Source: Brevibacterium luteolum (GTDB lineage Bacteria; Actinomycetota; Actinomycetes; Actinomycetales; Brevibacteriaceae). Taken from it: a stretch of 64,000 bases of DNA. The stretch is taken from NCBI RefSeq assembly GCF_013004595.1, contig NZ_JABEMC010000002.1, positions 310,001-374,000 of the forward strand, read 5' to 3'. Positions 27,485 to 36,568 of this stretch are shown here, piece by piece. The translations under genes were made by a program, and so were the position numbers. Below the pieces are notes generated by a model, which saw only the letters and a program-made list of their open reading frames with translations, made no database searches and had not been told where the DNA came from. Position 1 is the first letter of the stretch. Every line of letters starts with the position of its first letter.

Positions 27485-27790
27485 TCACTCTCTATCGCCG
27501 GCGGCGTTGCGCCGGGATAACCGGCTTGCGCGTCTCATCCTGAGGAGAAGTCCGCAGACACCAGCAGCGATCCACAGCAGCACAATGGCTGTATACCCGC
27601 CCGTCGACACCGTCGCCGCACCGGCCGGGCTCTCACGCAGCCAGAACCCGGCTCCGAACACCGCAAGGCCAACCGGCAACATGATCAGGGTCGTGCGCCA
27701 GCGCGCGACGAGCCGGGCTGCGGCGTACCAAAACCAGCCGAAGAGAAATGCAAGCGGCAGCGCTCCTAGCACCAGCAAGATAGTCGACAT
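27485..27790 (-). CDS. Small three-TM membrane protein
   Basis: GAGGGAG RBS; three hydrophobic segments. Confidence 0.6.
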   Translation of the reverse strand: MSTILLVLGALPLAFLFGWFWYAAARLVARWRTTLIMLPVGLAVFGAGFWLRESPAGAATVSTGGYTAIVLLWIAAGVCGLLLRMRRASRLSRRNAAGDRE

Positions 27791-27939
27791 GACTCCCTCA
27801 TCTCCTGAGATTCTTTACAATCGCGCCGCATGACCCGAGCCCAAAGAAGTTGGCATCTTCGCCGCTGCGAAGTGCCGTGGATTGCCGCGCGTGGTGTGAT
27901 TCGCAATGAGCGGAATCCTGCTGCTGCCGCGGCCTCGGG

Positions 27940-29253
27940 CTACGGCAGCAGCAGAATCACCCCGTGCAGGAACAGTCCGACGAGCGCGCCGATGACGGTG
28001 CCGTTGATGCGGATGTACTGCAGGTCCTTGCCGACGTAGAGCTCGATGCGCTCGGAAGCCTCCTTCGCATCCCAGCCGGCGATCGTATCGGAGATGACGC
28101 TGGCGATCTCCGGGCCGAAGGACTCGGCCAGGTCGCCGACGGTGATCGCGAGCCGATTGTCGATCGCGTGGGAGAACTCTGCGTCTTCGACCATCCGGGT
28201 CGCGGTCTGGTTGAGCAGCGCACGCAGCCGCTGGTGCACCTCGCCGGAGGTGTCGAGCACCGCCCCGCGCAGCAGCCGCTTGAGCGAGGACCACACATCG
28301 AGGACGGCTTGGACGACGCCCTCTTCGCGCAGCAGGTCGTCGATGACGTTCTCGGCGCGCTTCGCGATCGAGGTGTCCTCGCGCAGGTTGGCGGCGAGTT
28401 CGAGCAGCCACCGGTCGAGGGCCTGCCGGGCCTTGTGGTAGCGGTTGTCGCGCACATCGGAGATCCATTCGAGGACTTCGCGGCGCAGCCGGCGCGCGAC
28501 CCCTTCGTTGACGAAGGCCGGCACCCAGTCCGGGGCCTTCTGCGCGACCACGTCGTCGATGACCTGCGGGTTGGCCGCCAGCCACGTGTACGCCTCCCCG
28601 ACGACGAGGTCGACGAGCCGGTGGTGGGCCCCGTCCTGCACGATCTCGTGGACGAGCCGGCCGAGCACCGGCGACTTGTGCGTATCGACGAGCTTGGGCA
28701 CCAGCACCTCGCGGGTCAGCGCCTCGATCGCATCATCATCGACGCGCCTGAGCACATACTCCAGGCCCTGCCCGGCACGGGTGACGACGATCTCCTGGTT
28801 GCCCGGCTCCTTCAGCCAGCCGCCGATGCGCGCGGTCACCTGGGCGTTGCGGATCTTCGCGGCGACGGTGACGGAGGTGAGGAAGTTCGCGGCGACGAAG
28901 TTCGACATGCTCTCGCCCAGCACGTCCTTCTTGCGCGGGATGATCGCCGTGTGCGGGATCGGCAGCCCGAGCGGGTGGCGGAAGAGCGCGGTGACCGCGA
29001 ACCAGTCGGCGATCGCCCCGATCATCGCCGCCTCGGACCCGCGGGCGACGAACCCCCACACGCCGGTCAGGTCGGTGAAGACGTGGGTGAGAACGAAGAT
29101 GCACGCCGCCAGCACGAGCAGCGCGGTCGCCAGCTGGCGCATCTTCCTCAGCGCACGCGCCCGCTCGAGGTCGCCGAAGGTGTCGTCGATGCGCGCCGGT
29201 GCGGTCGGTCCGGTGGATCCGGCCGCCGCCGAGGTGGTGGGCGAGTGAGTCAT
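27940..29253 (-). CDS. DUF445 family membrane protein
   Basis: ADWFAVTALFRHPLGLPIPHTAIIP and DLQYIRINGT motifs. Confidence 0.92.
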   Translation of the reverse strand: MTHSPTTSAAAGSTGPTAPARIDDTFGDLERARALRKMRQLATALLVLAACIFVLTHVFTDLTGVWGFVARGSEAAMIGAIADWFAVTALFRHPLGLPIPHTAIIPRKKDVLGESMSNFVAANFLTSVTVAAKIRNAQVTARIGGWLKEPGNQEIVVTRAGQGLEYVLRRVDDDAIEALTREVLVPKLVDTHKSPVLGRLVHEIVQDGAHHRLVDLVVGEAYTWLAANPQVIDDVVAQKAPDWVPAFVNEGVARRLRREVLEWISDVRDNRYHKARQALDRWLLELAANLREDTSIAKRAENVIDDLLREEGVVQAVLDVWSSLKRLLRGAVLDTSGEVHQRLRALLNQTATRMVEDAEFSHAIDNRLAITVGDLAESFGPEIASVISDTIAGWDAKEASERIELYVGKDLQYIRINGTVIGALVGLFLHGVILLLP

Positions 29254-29254
29254 G

Positions 29255-29877
29255 TCCCTATTCTGACACCTCGGCCCGGACTCCCCACCCGGAAGACACG
29301 ACTGCCCGCTCTCGCCCTTGCCGCCTCGATCGCGGTGCTCGGCACCGCCTGCTCAGCACCTTCGCACAGCGGCGGATCCTCAGCAGCTGCCGGTGCAGAT
29401 CAGCAGGCGGCCTCGGAATCCGCCCGCGCGCTCAGTGAGAAGATCGCCGCGCACTGGCCGCTGGTGGCGAAGGCCCGGCCCGGGACGGACTGCTCCGGCC
29501 ACGTCGCAGTCCTCTTCCACCGCGACGACAAGGGCGAGATCGTCACAGGGGCCTGACACCTCGGGCACCCGGAAGCTCGCCGACTCCGAACGCACCGGCC
29601 TCACCTCTCCCCCGGGCGGGCGGGTGCAGCCCGGGTGAGTTCGGCGGCAAGCCGGCAGTTCTGCTGGCTTGCCGCCGATCAGCAGATGCTGGATGACCCT
29701 CGAGCTGAGGAGTTCTGCCTGCTCGCCACGCATGGGCTCGGGCGGTGCGCACTTCATCGTCGTCGACGGCAGGGAAGTCACCACCGGCTTCACCAACACC
29801 TATCCGATGGGGTATCGGCGGAGAGAACCACCGATGCCGATGGCCGGGCCGTCTATACGGTCACGGCCACCGGCTGA
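29255..29877 (+). pseudogene. Possible degraded lipoprotein gene
   Basis: Lipobox-like LAASIAVLGTAC, stop at 29556, then short fragments in other frames; no clear start. Confidence 0.4.
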
Positions 29878-29886
29878 GGCCGGAAC

Positions 29887-30681
29887 TCACTGCCATTCGG
29901 CAGTCTCCGGGTCCACACCTCGGGCGAAGGCGCCGGCAGCGATCACCTCGACGAGCCAGGCGGCTAAGCCGTCTGCGCGCTCATCGTAGTGCGCGGCGAA
30001 GCGCGGGTCGCTGACGTAGAGGCGCGAGATGCACACCTGCTTCTCGATGGTCATGTCGAACCACTGGCCGATCGAGGCGCGGTGCCGCTCGGCCAGCATG
30101 TTCGCCTCCTGGCTGCCGGGCTCGACTCCGCGCGTGAACGCGGCGACGAGTTCTGCCTCGAAGGCGTCCATGTCGTTCTTGACCTGCTGCCAGTCGGCGG
30201 CGGTCATCTTCTGCTTGATCGACTCGGACTGGGCCCATTCGTCGGTTTGGCCCCAGCGCTGCTGCGCTTCGGCCTCCCACTCGGGGTTCCAGTTCGGGCC
30301 GAGGATCTCAGCCTGCTGGGCTGCTGTCAGTTTCTCCATAGTGGTGGTCTCCATCATCCGTTCGACTGCAGAGACAACTCTCTGCAGCTGGTCGATACGT
30401 GTCAGGAGGGATTCCCGCTGTTCAGCCAGCTCTGCTGCCAGGTCGATGTCCGGATCGTCGAGGATCCGGCCGATCTCTGCCAGCGGCAGGCCGAGTTCGC
30501 GGAAGATGAGCACGCGGCGCAGCCGCTGCATATCGGCTGCCGTGTAGATGCGGTAGTCGGCCCACGTGCGTTCGCTCGGGCTGGCCAGCCCGATGGCGTC
30601 CCAGTGGTGCAGGGTTCGCACGCTGACGTCAAGCAGCCGGGCGGCCGCGCCGACTGTCAGCTCCGTGGTGTGCTCGTCCAT
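29887..30681 (-). CDS. MerR-family regulator with TipAS domain (TipA-like)
   Basis: VRTLHHWDAIGL..P, YRIY, EAQQRWG.T, LYVSDPRF. Confidence 0.9.
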   Translation of the reverse strand: MDEHTTELTVGAAARLLDVSVRTLHHWDAIGLASPSERTWADYRIYTAADMQRLRRVLIFRELGLPLAEIGRILDDPDIDLAAELAEQRESLLTRIDQLQRVVSAVERMMETTTMEKLTAAQQAEILGPNWNPEWEAEAQQRWGQTDEWAQSESIKQKMTAADWQQVKNDMDAFEAELVAAFTRGVEPGSQEANMLAERHRASIGQWFDMTIEKQVCISRLYVSDPRFAAHYDERADGLAAWLVEVIAAGAFARGVDPETAEWQ

Positions 30682-30706
30682 TCCCTCAGTATCGTCCACA
30701 TCCACC

Positions 30707-30737
30707 ACGTTCGGCCCTGACGCAGCGTGAGGGTCAA
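30707..30737 (-). promoter_or_regulatory. MerR-type promoter/operator
   Basis: TTGACC, 19-bp spacer with dyad CCCTCACGC-T-GCGTCAGGG, then GAACGT. Confidence 0.8.
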
Positions 30738-30753
30738 GTCCGACCCACACGCG

Positions 30754-30795
30754 CACAGGCCCCGGAACCGCGTGGGGCGGGTTCCGGGGCCTGTG
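30754..30795. terminator. Hairpin downstream of rplI
   Basis: 16-bp stem CACAGGCCCCGGAACC/GGTTCCGGGGCCTGTG. Confidence 0.85.
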
Positions 30796-30832
30796 AGAGC
30801 TGCGTCAGCTCAGTGGCAGTTCAGCGAGCGGC

Positions 30833-31291
30833 TCAGCGCTTGCCGATGACGTCGAACTTCGCGTTCGCGGTGATCTCGTCGTGCACGCGCACGGTGGCGG
30901 TGTAGCTGCCGGGCTCCTTGACGTGGCCGGGCAGGGCGATCTGCCGGCGATCGAAGGTGGTGCCGTGTGCCTCGGTCAGTGCGTCGGCGACGAGTGCGGC
31001 GGTGACAGCGCCGAAGAGGCGGTTGTTCTGTCCGGCCTTCATCTCGATCTTCGCCGAGCTGCCCTCGAGCTTCTCCTTGAGTGCGAGTGCTTCGTCGCGG
31101 TCGGCCAGCTGGCGGGCCTGGCGCGACTTGCGCAGCGACTCGATCTGCTTCTCAGCACCTGCGGACCAGGTGGTGGCCCAGCCGCGCGGGATCAGCAGGT
31201 TCCGGGCGTAGCCGGCCTTGACCTCGACGACGTCGCCGGCGGCTCCGAGGCCGTCGACTTCCTGGTTGAGAATGACCTTCTTGGTAGCCAT
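30833..31291 (-). CDS. rplI: 50S ribosomal protein L9
   Basis: LGAAGDVVEVKAGYARNLLIPRG. Confidence 0.97.
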   Translation of the reverse strand: MATKKVILNQEVDGLGAAGDVVEVKAGYARNLLIPRGWATTWSAGAEKQIESLRKSRQARQLADRDEALALKEKLEGSSAKIEMKAGQNNRLFGAVTAALVADALTEAHGTTFDRRQIALPGHVKEPGSYTATVRVHDEITANAKFDVIGKR

Positions 31292-31309
31292 TGTTCTACT
31301 CCCCTCGTC

Positions 31310-31549
31310 TTATCGGGTCGAGCCCGAGTAGGGCAGCAGCGCCATCTCGCGGGCGTTCTTGACGGCCTTGGCGATGATGCGCTGTTCCTGCACGTTGACA
31401 CCAGTCACGCGACGAGCGCGGATCTTGCCGCGGTCGGAGATGAACTTGCGCAGGGTTGCGGTGTCCTTGTAGTCGATCTGGGCTGCCTCGCCGAACTTCA
31501 GCGGGTTCGCCTTCTTCTTGATGGGCTTCCGGGGATCCGGCTTTGCCAT
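31310..31549 (-). CDS. rpsR: 30S ribosomal protein S18 (Cys-free)
   Basis: IDYKD...[15 protein letters not shown]...AREMALLPY. Confidence 0.97.
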   Translation of the reverse strand: MAKPDPRKPIKKKANPLKFGEAAQIDYKDTATLRKFISDRGKIRARRVTGVNVQEQRIIAKAVKNAREMALLPYSGSTR

Positions 31550-31609
31550 GATGTGCTCCTGTCAGAAAATCTGTTGATCAGCGGCAGGCACGCGCCTGCC
31601 GGGGTGTGA

Positions 31610-32197
31610 TCAGAATGGTGGTTCGTCCGAGGTCGGGCTGCCCCAGCCTCCGCCGGGGTTGGCCTGCGGGTTCGAGCTGGCCCACGGGTCGTTCGACTGA
31701 CCCTGGCCGCCCTGCTGCCCGCCGAAGCCGCCGGGGTTCTGTCCCCAGCCGCCGCCCTGCTGCTGACCGCCGCCTTGCTGTCCGCCACCGGAGAATCCTC
31801 CCTGGCCGCCTCCTGAGAAGCCGCCGCCGGAGAACTCCTTCTTCGTCACGTTGGCCGTGGCGTAGCGCAGGCTCGGGCCGATCTCGTCGACGTCGAGCTC
31901 GAAGACGGTCCGGCGTTCGCCTTCCTTCGTCTCGAAGCTGCGCGACTTCAGCCGGCCCTGCACGATCGTGCGGGTGCCGCGCTGCAGGGTCTCGGTGACG
32001 TTCTCAGCAAGATCCCGCCACGCGTTGCAGCGCAGGAACAGGGTCTCGCCGTCTTTCCATTCGTTGCTCTTGCGGTCGAACATGCGCGGGGTCGACGCCA
32101 CTGTGAAGTTCGCGACCGCAGCCCCGTTGGGCGTGTAGCGCAGTTCGGGGTCGGCGGTGAGGTTTCCCACCACAGTGATGATCGTGTCGCCTGCCAT
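31610..32197 (-). CDS. ssb: Single-stranded DNA-binding protein
   Basis: [13 protein letters not shown]; Gly-rich tail ending DEPPF. Confidence 0.97.
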   Translation of the reverse strand: MAGDTIITVVGNLTADPELRYTPNGAAVANFTVASTPRMFDRKSNEWKDGETLFLRCNAWRDLAENVTETLQRGTRTIVQGRLKSRSFETKEGERRTVFELDVDEIGPSLRYATANVTKKEFSGGGFSGGGQGGFSGGGQQGGGQQQGGGWGQNPGGFGGQQGGQGQSNDPWASSNPQANPGGGWGSPTSDEPPF

Positions 32198-32248
32198 GAT
32201 GCTCCTTACAGCGTGGGGGTCAGCGGTTCCGAGCTCGGATCTGCTGGA

Positions 32249-32539
32249 TTACTTCGCGTCGGGACGCAGGATCTTCGAGCGCAGAACGGTCTCGTTGAGG
32301 CCGAGCTGGCGGTCGAGTTCCTTGGTCGTGTCGGGCTTGGCGTGGAAGTTCACCACAACGTAGGTGCCTTCGGCCTTCTTGTTGATCTCGTAGGCGAAGC
32401 GGCGACGGCCCCACACATCGACATTGTCGACGGTGCCGCCGTCAGCGGGAACCACCTTCAGCAGCTTTTCGACAGTGGTGTCAACGGAACGGTCTTCGAG
32501 TTCCGGATCCAGAATGAGCATCAGCTCGTAATGACGCAC
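32249..32539 (-). CDS. rpsF: 30S ribosomal protein S6
   Basis: [12 protein letters not shown]...[10 protein letters not shown]. Confidence 0.97.
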   Translation of the reverse strand: MRHYELMLILDPELEDRSVDTTVEKLLKVVPADGGTVDNVDVWGRRRFAYEINKKAEGTYVVVNFHAKPDTTKELDRQLGLNETVLRSKILRPDAK

Positions 32540-32545
32540 GTGTCA

Positions 32546-32595
32546 CCCACCTCCTCTGGTCTCAGCGGCCATGGTCGGTCCATGGCAGGAGGGTA
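32546..32595 (-). promoter_or_regulatory. Putative S6:S18 autoregulatory leader RNA
   Basis: In the mRNA CCCUCCU can pair with the AGGAGG SD; inner CCAUGG stem followed by CCG. Confidence 0.5.
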
Positions 32596-32649
32596 TATGC
32601 GTTGCGTCTGGCCGGGTGCGGAATCGGTCCGCAGCGGACACAGACTGGT

Positions 32650-33978
32650 TCATTCTAGTGTGTTCGCGCCCGCCTCGCCAGCTGAGGCGCCGGCTTCCGT
32701 GCCCGAGGCGGTGGTCGCCGTGCCCGAGGCGGGGCTCACCTCGGACTCGGGGGCCGGCTGGGGGCTGCGGTCGAGTTCGAGAGCGGCGGCGGTGATGACG
32801 GCGACGACGGCCGCCAGTCTCAGGCAGGTGAAGAGCAGCAGCCAGGCTGGGGAGAGTCCCTTGCTGGCTTCGAAGGCGGTGATGTCGGAGAGGTTGACGG
32901 CGATGACGAGGGCCGCCTCGGCCAGTGCCCAGGCGATGAAGACCCACAGCCGGCGGATCGCCAGTGCTGCGAAGGGCAGCAGCCACAGGGCGTGGGTGAT
33001 TGGGGCTGAGGGCAGTGTGACAACGGCGAGCCCGAGCACCACCGTGAGTGCGGCGTACAGGTTCGGCCGGGGCCTGCGGGTGATGTAGGCGAGTGCTGCG
33101 ATGACGGCGATCGCGCAGGCGGCGAGGCTGACAGCGGCCAGCAGCTGCGGATCGGTGCCGTCGCCGTAGGCGAGCAGGGAGACGAGTGAGCCGCGGTCGA
33201 TCGGCTCCTGCCACCACATGGTCAGCCGGTAGAAGATGAGCCCGTCGATGGCGAGGAGGAGGCCGACGGTGATGAGGGCCGCCCCGCCGATCGACAGCAG
33301 GTCGGAGCTCTGCCCGGCCCGCCACAGCAGGACGATGACGGTCAGCAGTGCGAGGATGCCGAGCGGGTTGATAAGGGCGGCGATGGCGAAGAGCACTCCG
33401 GCCCCGAGGTTCGAGTGGGGGCCGGCCGCGGTCGGATTGAGCAGCACGAGCGCCCACACGAGGCAGGCCACACCGACGGGGTCAAACGACTGACCCATCG
33501 AGAAGATGATCGCCGGGGAGATGCAGGCGACCGGCAGCCAGGCGAGCGTGCGCATGAGCACGGCGACGCCGAGTGCCATGGCGGCTATGGCGATGGTGTT
33601 GATGACGAGCAGGAAGGCCATCATGTCCCCGGCCCCCAGGCCGGCACTGAGCATGAAGCCGAGTTCGACGAACCATCCGGTCACCGGGTCGAGCGCGGCA
33701 GGTGCGCCGGTGGCCCGGCCGGGTCCGGCGGGGAACTCGGTGCCGGTGAGCGCATTGGCCACCGGTGAGGCGCACATCCGCGCCGAGGCGCCGGGCAGCT
33801 CGTAGCCGGGCATGCACGCCCCGTGCAGCAGGATACCGATCCCGGCGGTGCCGAAGGCGGCCAGCATGCACATGAGCGCGGCCGTCGTCCGGAACGGCGA
33901 GGGGCCCGACGCCGCATGGGCGCCGGGCCTGCCGCCGAGCAGCGGCTCAGCAGCTCTGAGGGGGCTCACACCTGGCAT
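32650..33978 (-). CDS. Polytopic membrane protein, GT87/DUF2029-like
   Basis: About ten TMs; conserved position between ponA and rpsF; motifs divergent. Confidence 0.6.
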   Translation of the reverse strand: MPGVSPLRAAEPLLGGRPGAHAASGPSPFRTTAALMCMLAAFGTAGIGILLHGACMPGYELPGASARMCASPVANALTGTEFPAGPGRATGAPAALDPVTGWFVELGFMLSAGLGAGDMMAFLLVINTIAIAAMALGVAVLMRTLAWLPVACISPAIIFSMGQSFDPVGVACLVWALVLLNPTAAGPHSNLGAGVLFAIAALINPLGILALLTVIVLLWRAGQSSDLLSIGGAALITVGLLLAIDGLIFYRLTMWWQEPIDRGSLVSLLAYGDGTDPQLLAAVSLAACAIAVIAALAYITRRPRPNLYAALTVVLGLAVVTLPSAPITHALWLLPFAALAIRRLWVFIAWALAEAALVIAVNLSDITAFEASKGLSPAWLLLFTCLRLAAVVAVITAAALELDRSPQPAPESEVSPASGTATTASGTEAGASAGEAGANTLE

Positions 33979-33997
33979 GCGCCTAGGCTATCGCGCC

Positions 33998-36310
33998 TCA
34001 CAGGACGCTGACGGTTCCCTGGCGGATGAAGCCGGGCATGATGAAGCCTGCCCCTTGGAAGCCACCGTTCTTCTTGTCTTCCTTATCCTTCTTGTTCTCG
34101 TCCTTGGGCGGCTCTGGCTTCTGCGTCGGAGGCCTCGGCGGATCGACCGTCGGAGGATCGTTCTTCGGCGGCTCCGATGGCTTCGGATCCTCCTTCGGCT
34201 TCTCCTCTTCCTTGGTCTCGTCGTCCTTCGGCTCCTCGTCCTTCGGCTTGTCGTCCTTGGGCTTGTCGTCCTTCGGCTTCTCGTCCTGCGTGGTCTTCGG
34301 CTTCGGCGACGGCTTGGGCTTCGGGCGCTGGTTCGGCACGCCGGACTTCGGCTTCGGCTTCTCCACCTGCGGCAGCTTGCCACGCTTGGGGAACTGTTTG
34401 ACCGGTTCGTCCTTGAGCGCGTCCTTCATGTACTTCGTCCACGTCTGGGTCGGGAACGAACCACCGGTGATCGAACCGCGGCCGCCGTAGGGACCGATCT
34501 CGACCGGATTGCCCTCTCCGTCATCGCGGAAGATCGACACCGTGGTCGTGAGGTTCGGGGTGTAACCGGCGAACCAGGCCGAGTAGTTGTCCTGCGAAGT
34601 ACCGGTCTTGCCGGCTGCCGGACGGCCCAGCGTCGAGGCGTACGAGCCCGAACCACCGGTCACCACGCGCGAGAGCGCGTAGGTGGTCTCGGCCATGACG
34701 TTCTTGTCGAAGTTCCGCTTACCCTCAGTATCGGGCTCGTAGAGCTTCTCACCCTCCGGGGTGACCGCGGCCTTGACGGTGTGCGGCGTGTGCGTGATGC
34801 CGTTAGAGGCGAACGTGTTGTAGGCCGTGGCCATGTCCTTGACCGTCGGGCTAGCGGTGCCGAGCACGTTGGCGGCGTTCTTCTCCAGGCCCTCGGTGTC
34901 CTTCGGCAGGCCGGCACGCTCAGCCACGTCGACCGTCTTCTCCGGGCCGACCTCGATGTTGAGCTGCGCGTAGGCGGTGTTGACCGAGCTCTGGGTCGCC
35001 TTGAGCAGGCTGACCGGGCCGTAGCTGGCGCCGCCGTAGTTCTTCGGGCTCCAGCGGGTTCCCTCGTAGTTCATCGGGGTGCCCGAGGTGCCGGTCAGGT
35101 AGTCGGTGAGGCGGTAGCCGTTCTCCAGGCCGGCCACCAGCGTGAACGGCTTGAACGTCGAACCGGCCTGGGTGATGTCCTCGGTCGCAGCACTGTGCTG
35201 GCGCTCGAGGAAGTCCTTGCCGCCGTACATCGCCACGATGCCGCCGGTCTCCGGGTCCATCGACACGAGTCCGACGTGCATGCCCTCCTTGAGCTTCGGC
35301 AGGTCCTCGACGGCCTCGATCGCCGCGTCCATCTTCTTCTTCGAGAAGGTGGTGGTGATCTCGAGCCCGCCGCGGTCGATGACCTCGTCCTCGATGCCGT
35401 TGCGCTTGAGCTCCTTGCGCACCTCATCGAGCAGATAGCCGTTGGGGCCGGCGAACTGGTTGTCGGTCTGCGCGGCCCGGACCTCGGGCATCTCAGTGCT
35501 GGCGGCCTCATCCTCGGTGATGTAGCCGAGTTCGGCCATGTTCCCCAGCACATACTTGAAGCGGTCCTCGTACTTGCCGGGGTCCTCAGCCGGGTCCGCC
35601 AGACCCGGACGCTGGATCATCGCAGCCAGCAGTGCGCTTTCGGCCACGTCGAGTTCGCTGGCCGGCTTGTCGAAGTAGTTCTTCGAAGCGACCTCGATGC
35701 CGTACGATTGGCGGCCGAGGTAGATGGTGTTGAGGTAGTTGGCGAGGATCTCGTCCTTCGACAGCTCCTGGTCGATCTTGAGCGCGATGAACATCTCCTT
35801 GACCTTGCGGTCGAGGGTGCGCTCATTGGTGAGGTAGAAGTTCTTGACGTACTGCTGGGTGATCGTCGAACCGCCGCCGGCGTAATTGTCAGTGGCCACA
35901 CCGATGACCGCACGCGACAGGCCCTTGATGGAGATGCCGCGGTTCTCGTAGAAGCTGTTGTCCTCAGCGGCGATGGCGGCCTGCTGCATCGGTGTCGAGA
36001 TCTTGTCGATCGTGACGTTCTTGCGGTCCTCGGTCTTGAAGGACCCGAGCACGGTCTCGCCGTCGTCGTAGTAGACCGTCGAGGTCTGTCCGGCGGCTTC
36101 CTTGTTCGGTTCGGGGACGTCGGTGACGGCATAACCGATGCTGAAGAGGCCGATGACGACGACGCAGGCGGTGAGGATGCCGACGCCGATGAGCCGCAGC
36201 GAGGGCAGCCAGCGAGTCCAGCCGGTCACGCCCTGGCGCGGATAGTTGAGCAGGCCTTTGTTCACGTCCCGGCGCGCGCTTCGGCTCGCCTTCGGTGCGG
36301 TTTTGGCCAC
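33998..36310 (-). CDS. ponA: Class A penicillin-binding protein
   Basis: AAEDNSFY, GGSTITQQYVKN, GSTFK, SVN, AGKTGT; Pro/Lys/Asp-rich tail; start may be 36352. Confidence 0.93.
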   Translation of the reverse strand: MAKTAPKASRSARRDVNKGLLNYPRQGVTGWTRWLPSLRLIGVGILTACVVVIGLFSIGYAVTDVPEPNKEAAGQTSTVYYDDGETVLGSFKTEDRKNVTIDKISTPMQQAAIAAEDNSFYENRGISIKGLSRAVIGVATDNYAGGGSTITQQYVKNFYLTNERTLDRKVKEMFIALKIDQELSKDEILANYLNTIYLGRQSYGIEVASKNYFDKPASELDVAESALLAAMIQRPGLADPAEDPGKYEDRFKYVLGNMAELGYITEDEAASTEMPEVRAAQTDNQFAGPNGYLLDEVRKELKRNGIEDEVIDRGGLEITTTFSKKKMDAAIEAVEDLPKLKEGMHVGLVSMDPETGGIVAMYGGKDFLERQHSAATEDITQAGSTFKPFTLVAGLENGYRLTDYLTGTSGTPMNYEGTRWSPKNYGGASYGPVSLLKATQSSVNTAYAQLNIEVGPEKTVDVAERAGLPKDTEGLEKNAANVLGTASPTVKDMATAYNTFASNGITHTPHTVKAAVTPEGEKLYEPDTEGKRNFDKNVMAETTYALSRVVTGGSGSYASTLGRPAAGKTGTSQDNYSAWFAGYTPNLTTTVSIFRDDGEGNPVEIGPYGGRGSITGGSFPTQTWTKYMKDALKDEPVKQFPKRGKLPQVEKPKPKSGVPNQRPKPKPSPKPKTTQDEKPKDDKPKDDKPKDEEPKDDETKEEEKPKEDPKPSEPPKNDPPTVDPPRPPTQKPEPPKDENKKDKEDKKNGGFQGAGFIMPGFIRQGTVSVL

Positions 36311-36473
36311 AGATCCCCCAAGAGTGAGTGTGCGGTGTGTCGATTCAGCCAAACATTCAAAGATTGGAAGTCGATGAAGATCACCTGACGCCGGTCACAG
36401 CGCAGGCAGGCCGCATGCGCGTGCTTGTCCGAATCGCACTGCATGTGACCTGCAATTTTAGCGCACAACCCGA

Positions 36474-36509
36474 CGCACCGACCAGACCATGGGTCATCTG
36501 ATCGGTGCG
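36474..36509. terminator. Hairpin downstream of the acyl-CoA synthetase
   Basis: CGCACCGACCAGA/TCTGATCGGTGCG with one mismatch. Confidence 0.6.
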
Positions 36510-36568
36510 CCGGGACGTGAGCAATCACACGTCGGCAGGGCAGGGATGCTCAGCTGACAGCCGGTTCC

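Noticed and set aside
27964..29253. Plus-strand 530-aa ORF
   Set aside because: Mostly a shadow of the DUF445 gene.
34100..34360. KPKDD repeats in ponA
   Set aside because: Low-complexity tails are ordinary in actinobacterial class A PBPs.
33812..36388. 858-aa plus-strand ORF
   Set aside because: Antisense shadow of ponA caused by high-GC codon bias.
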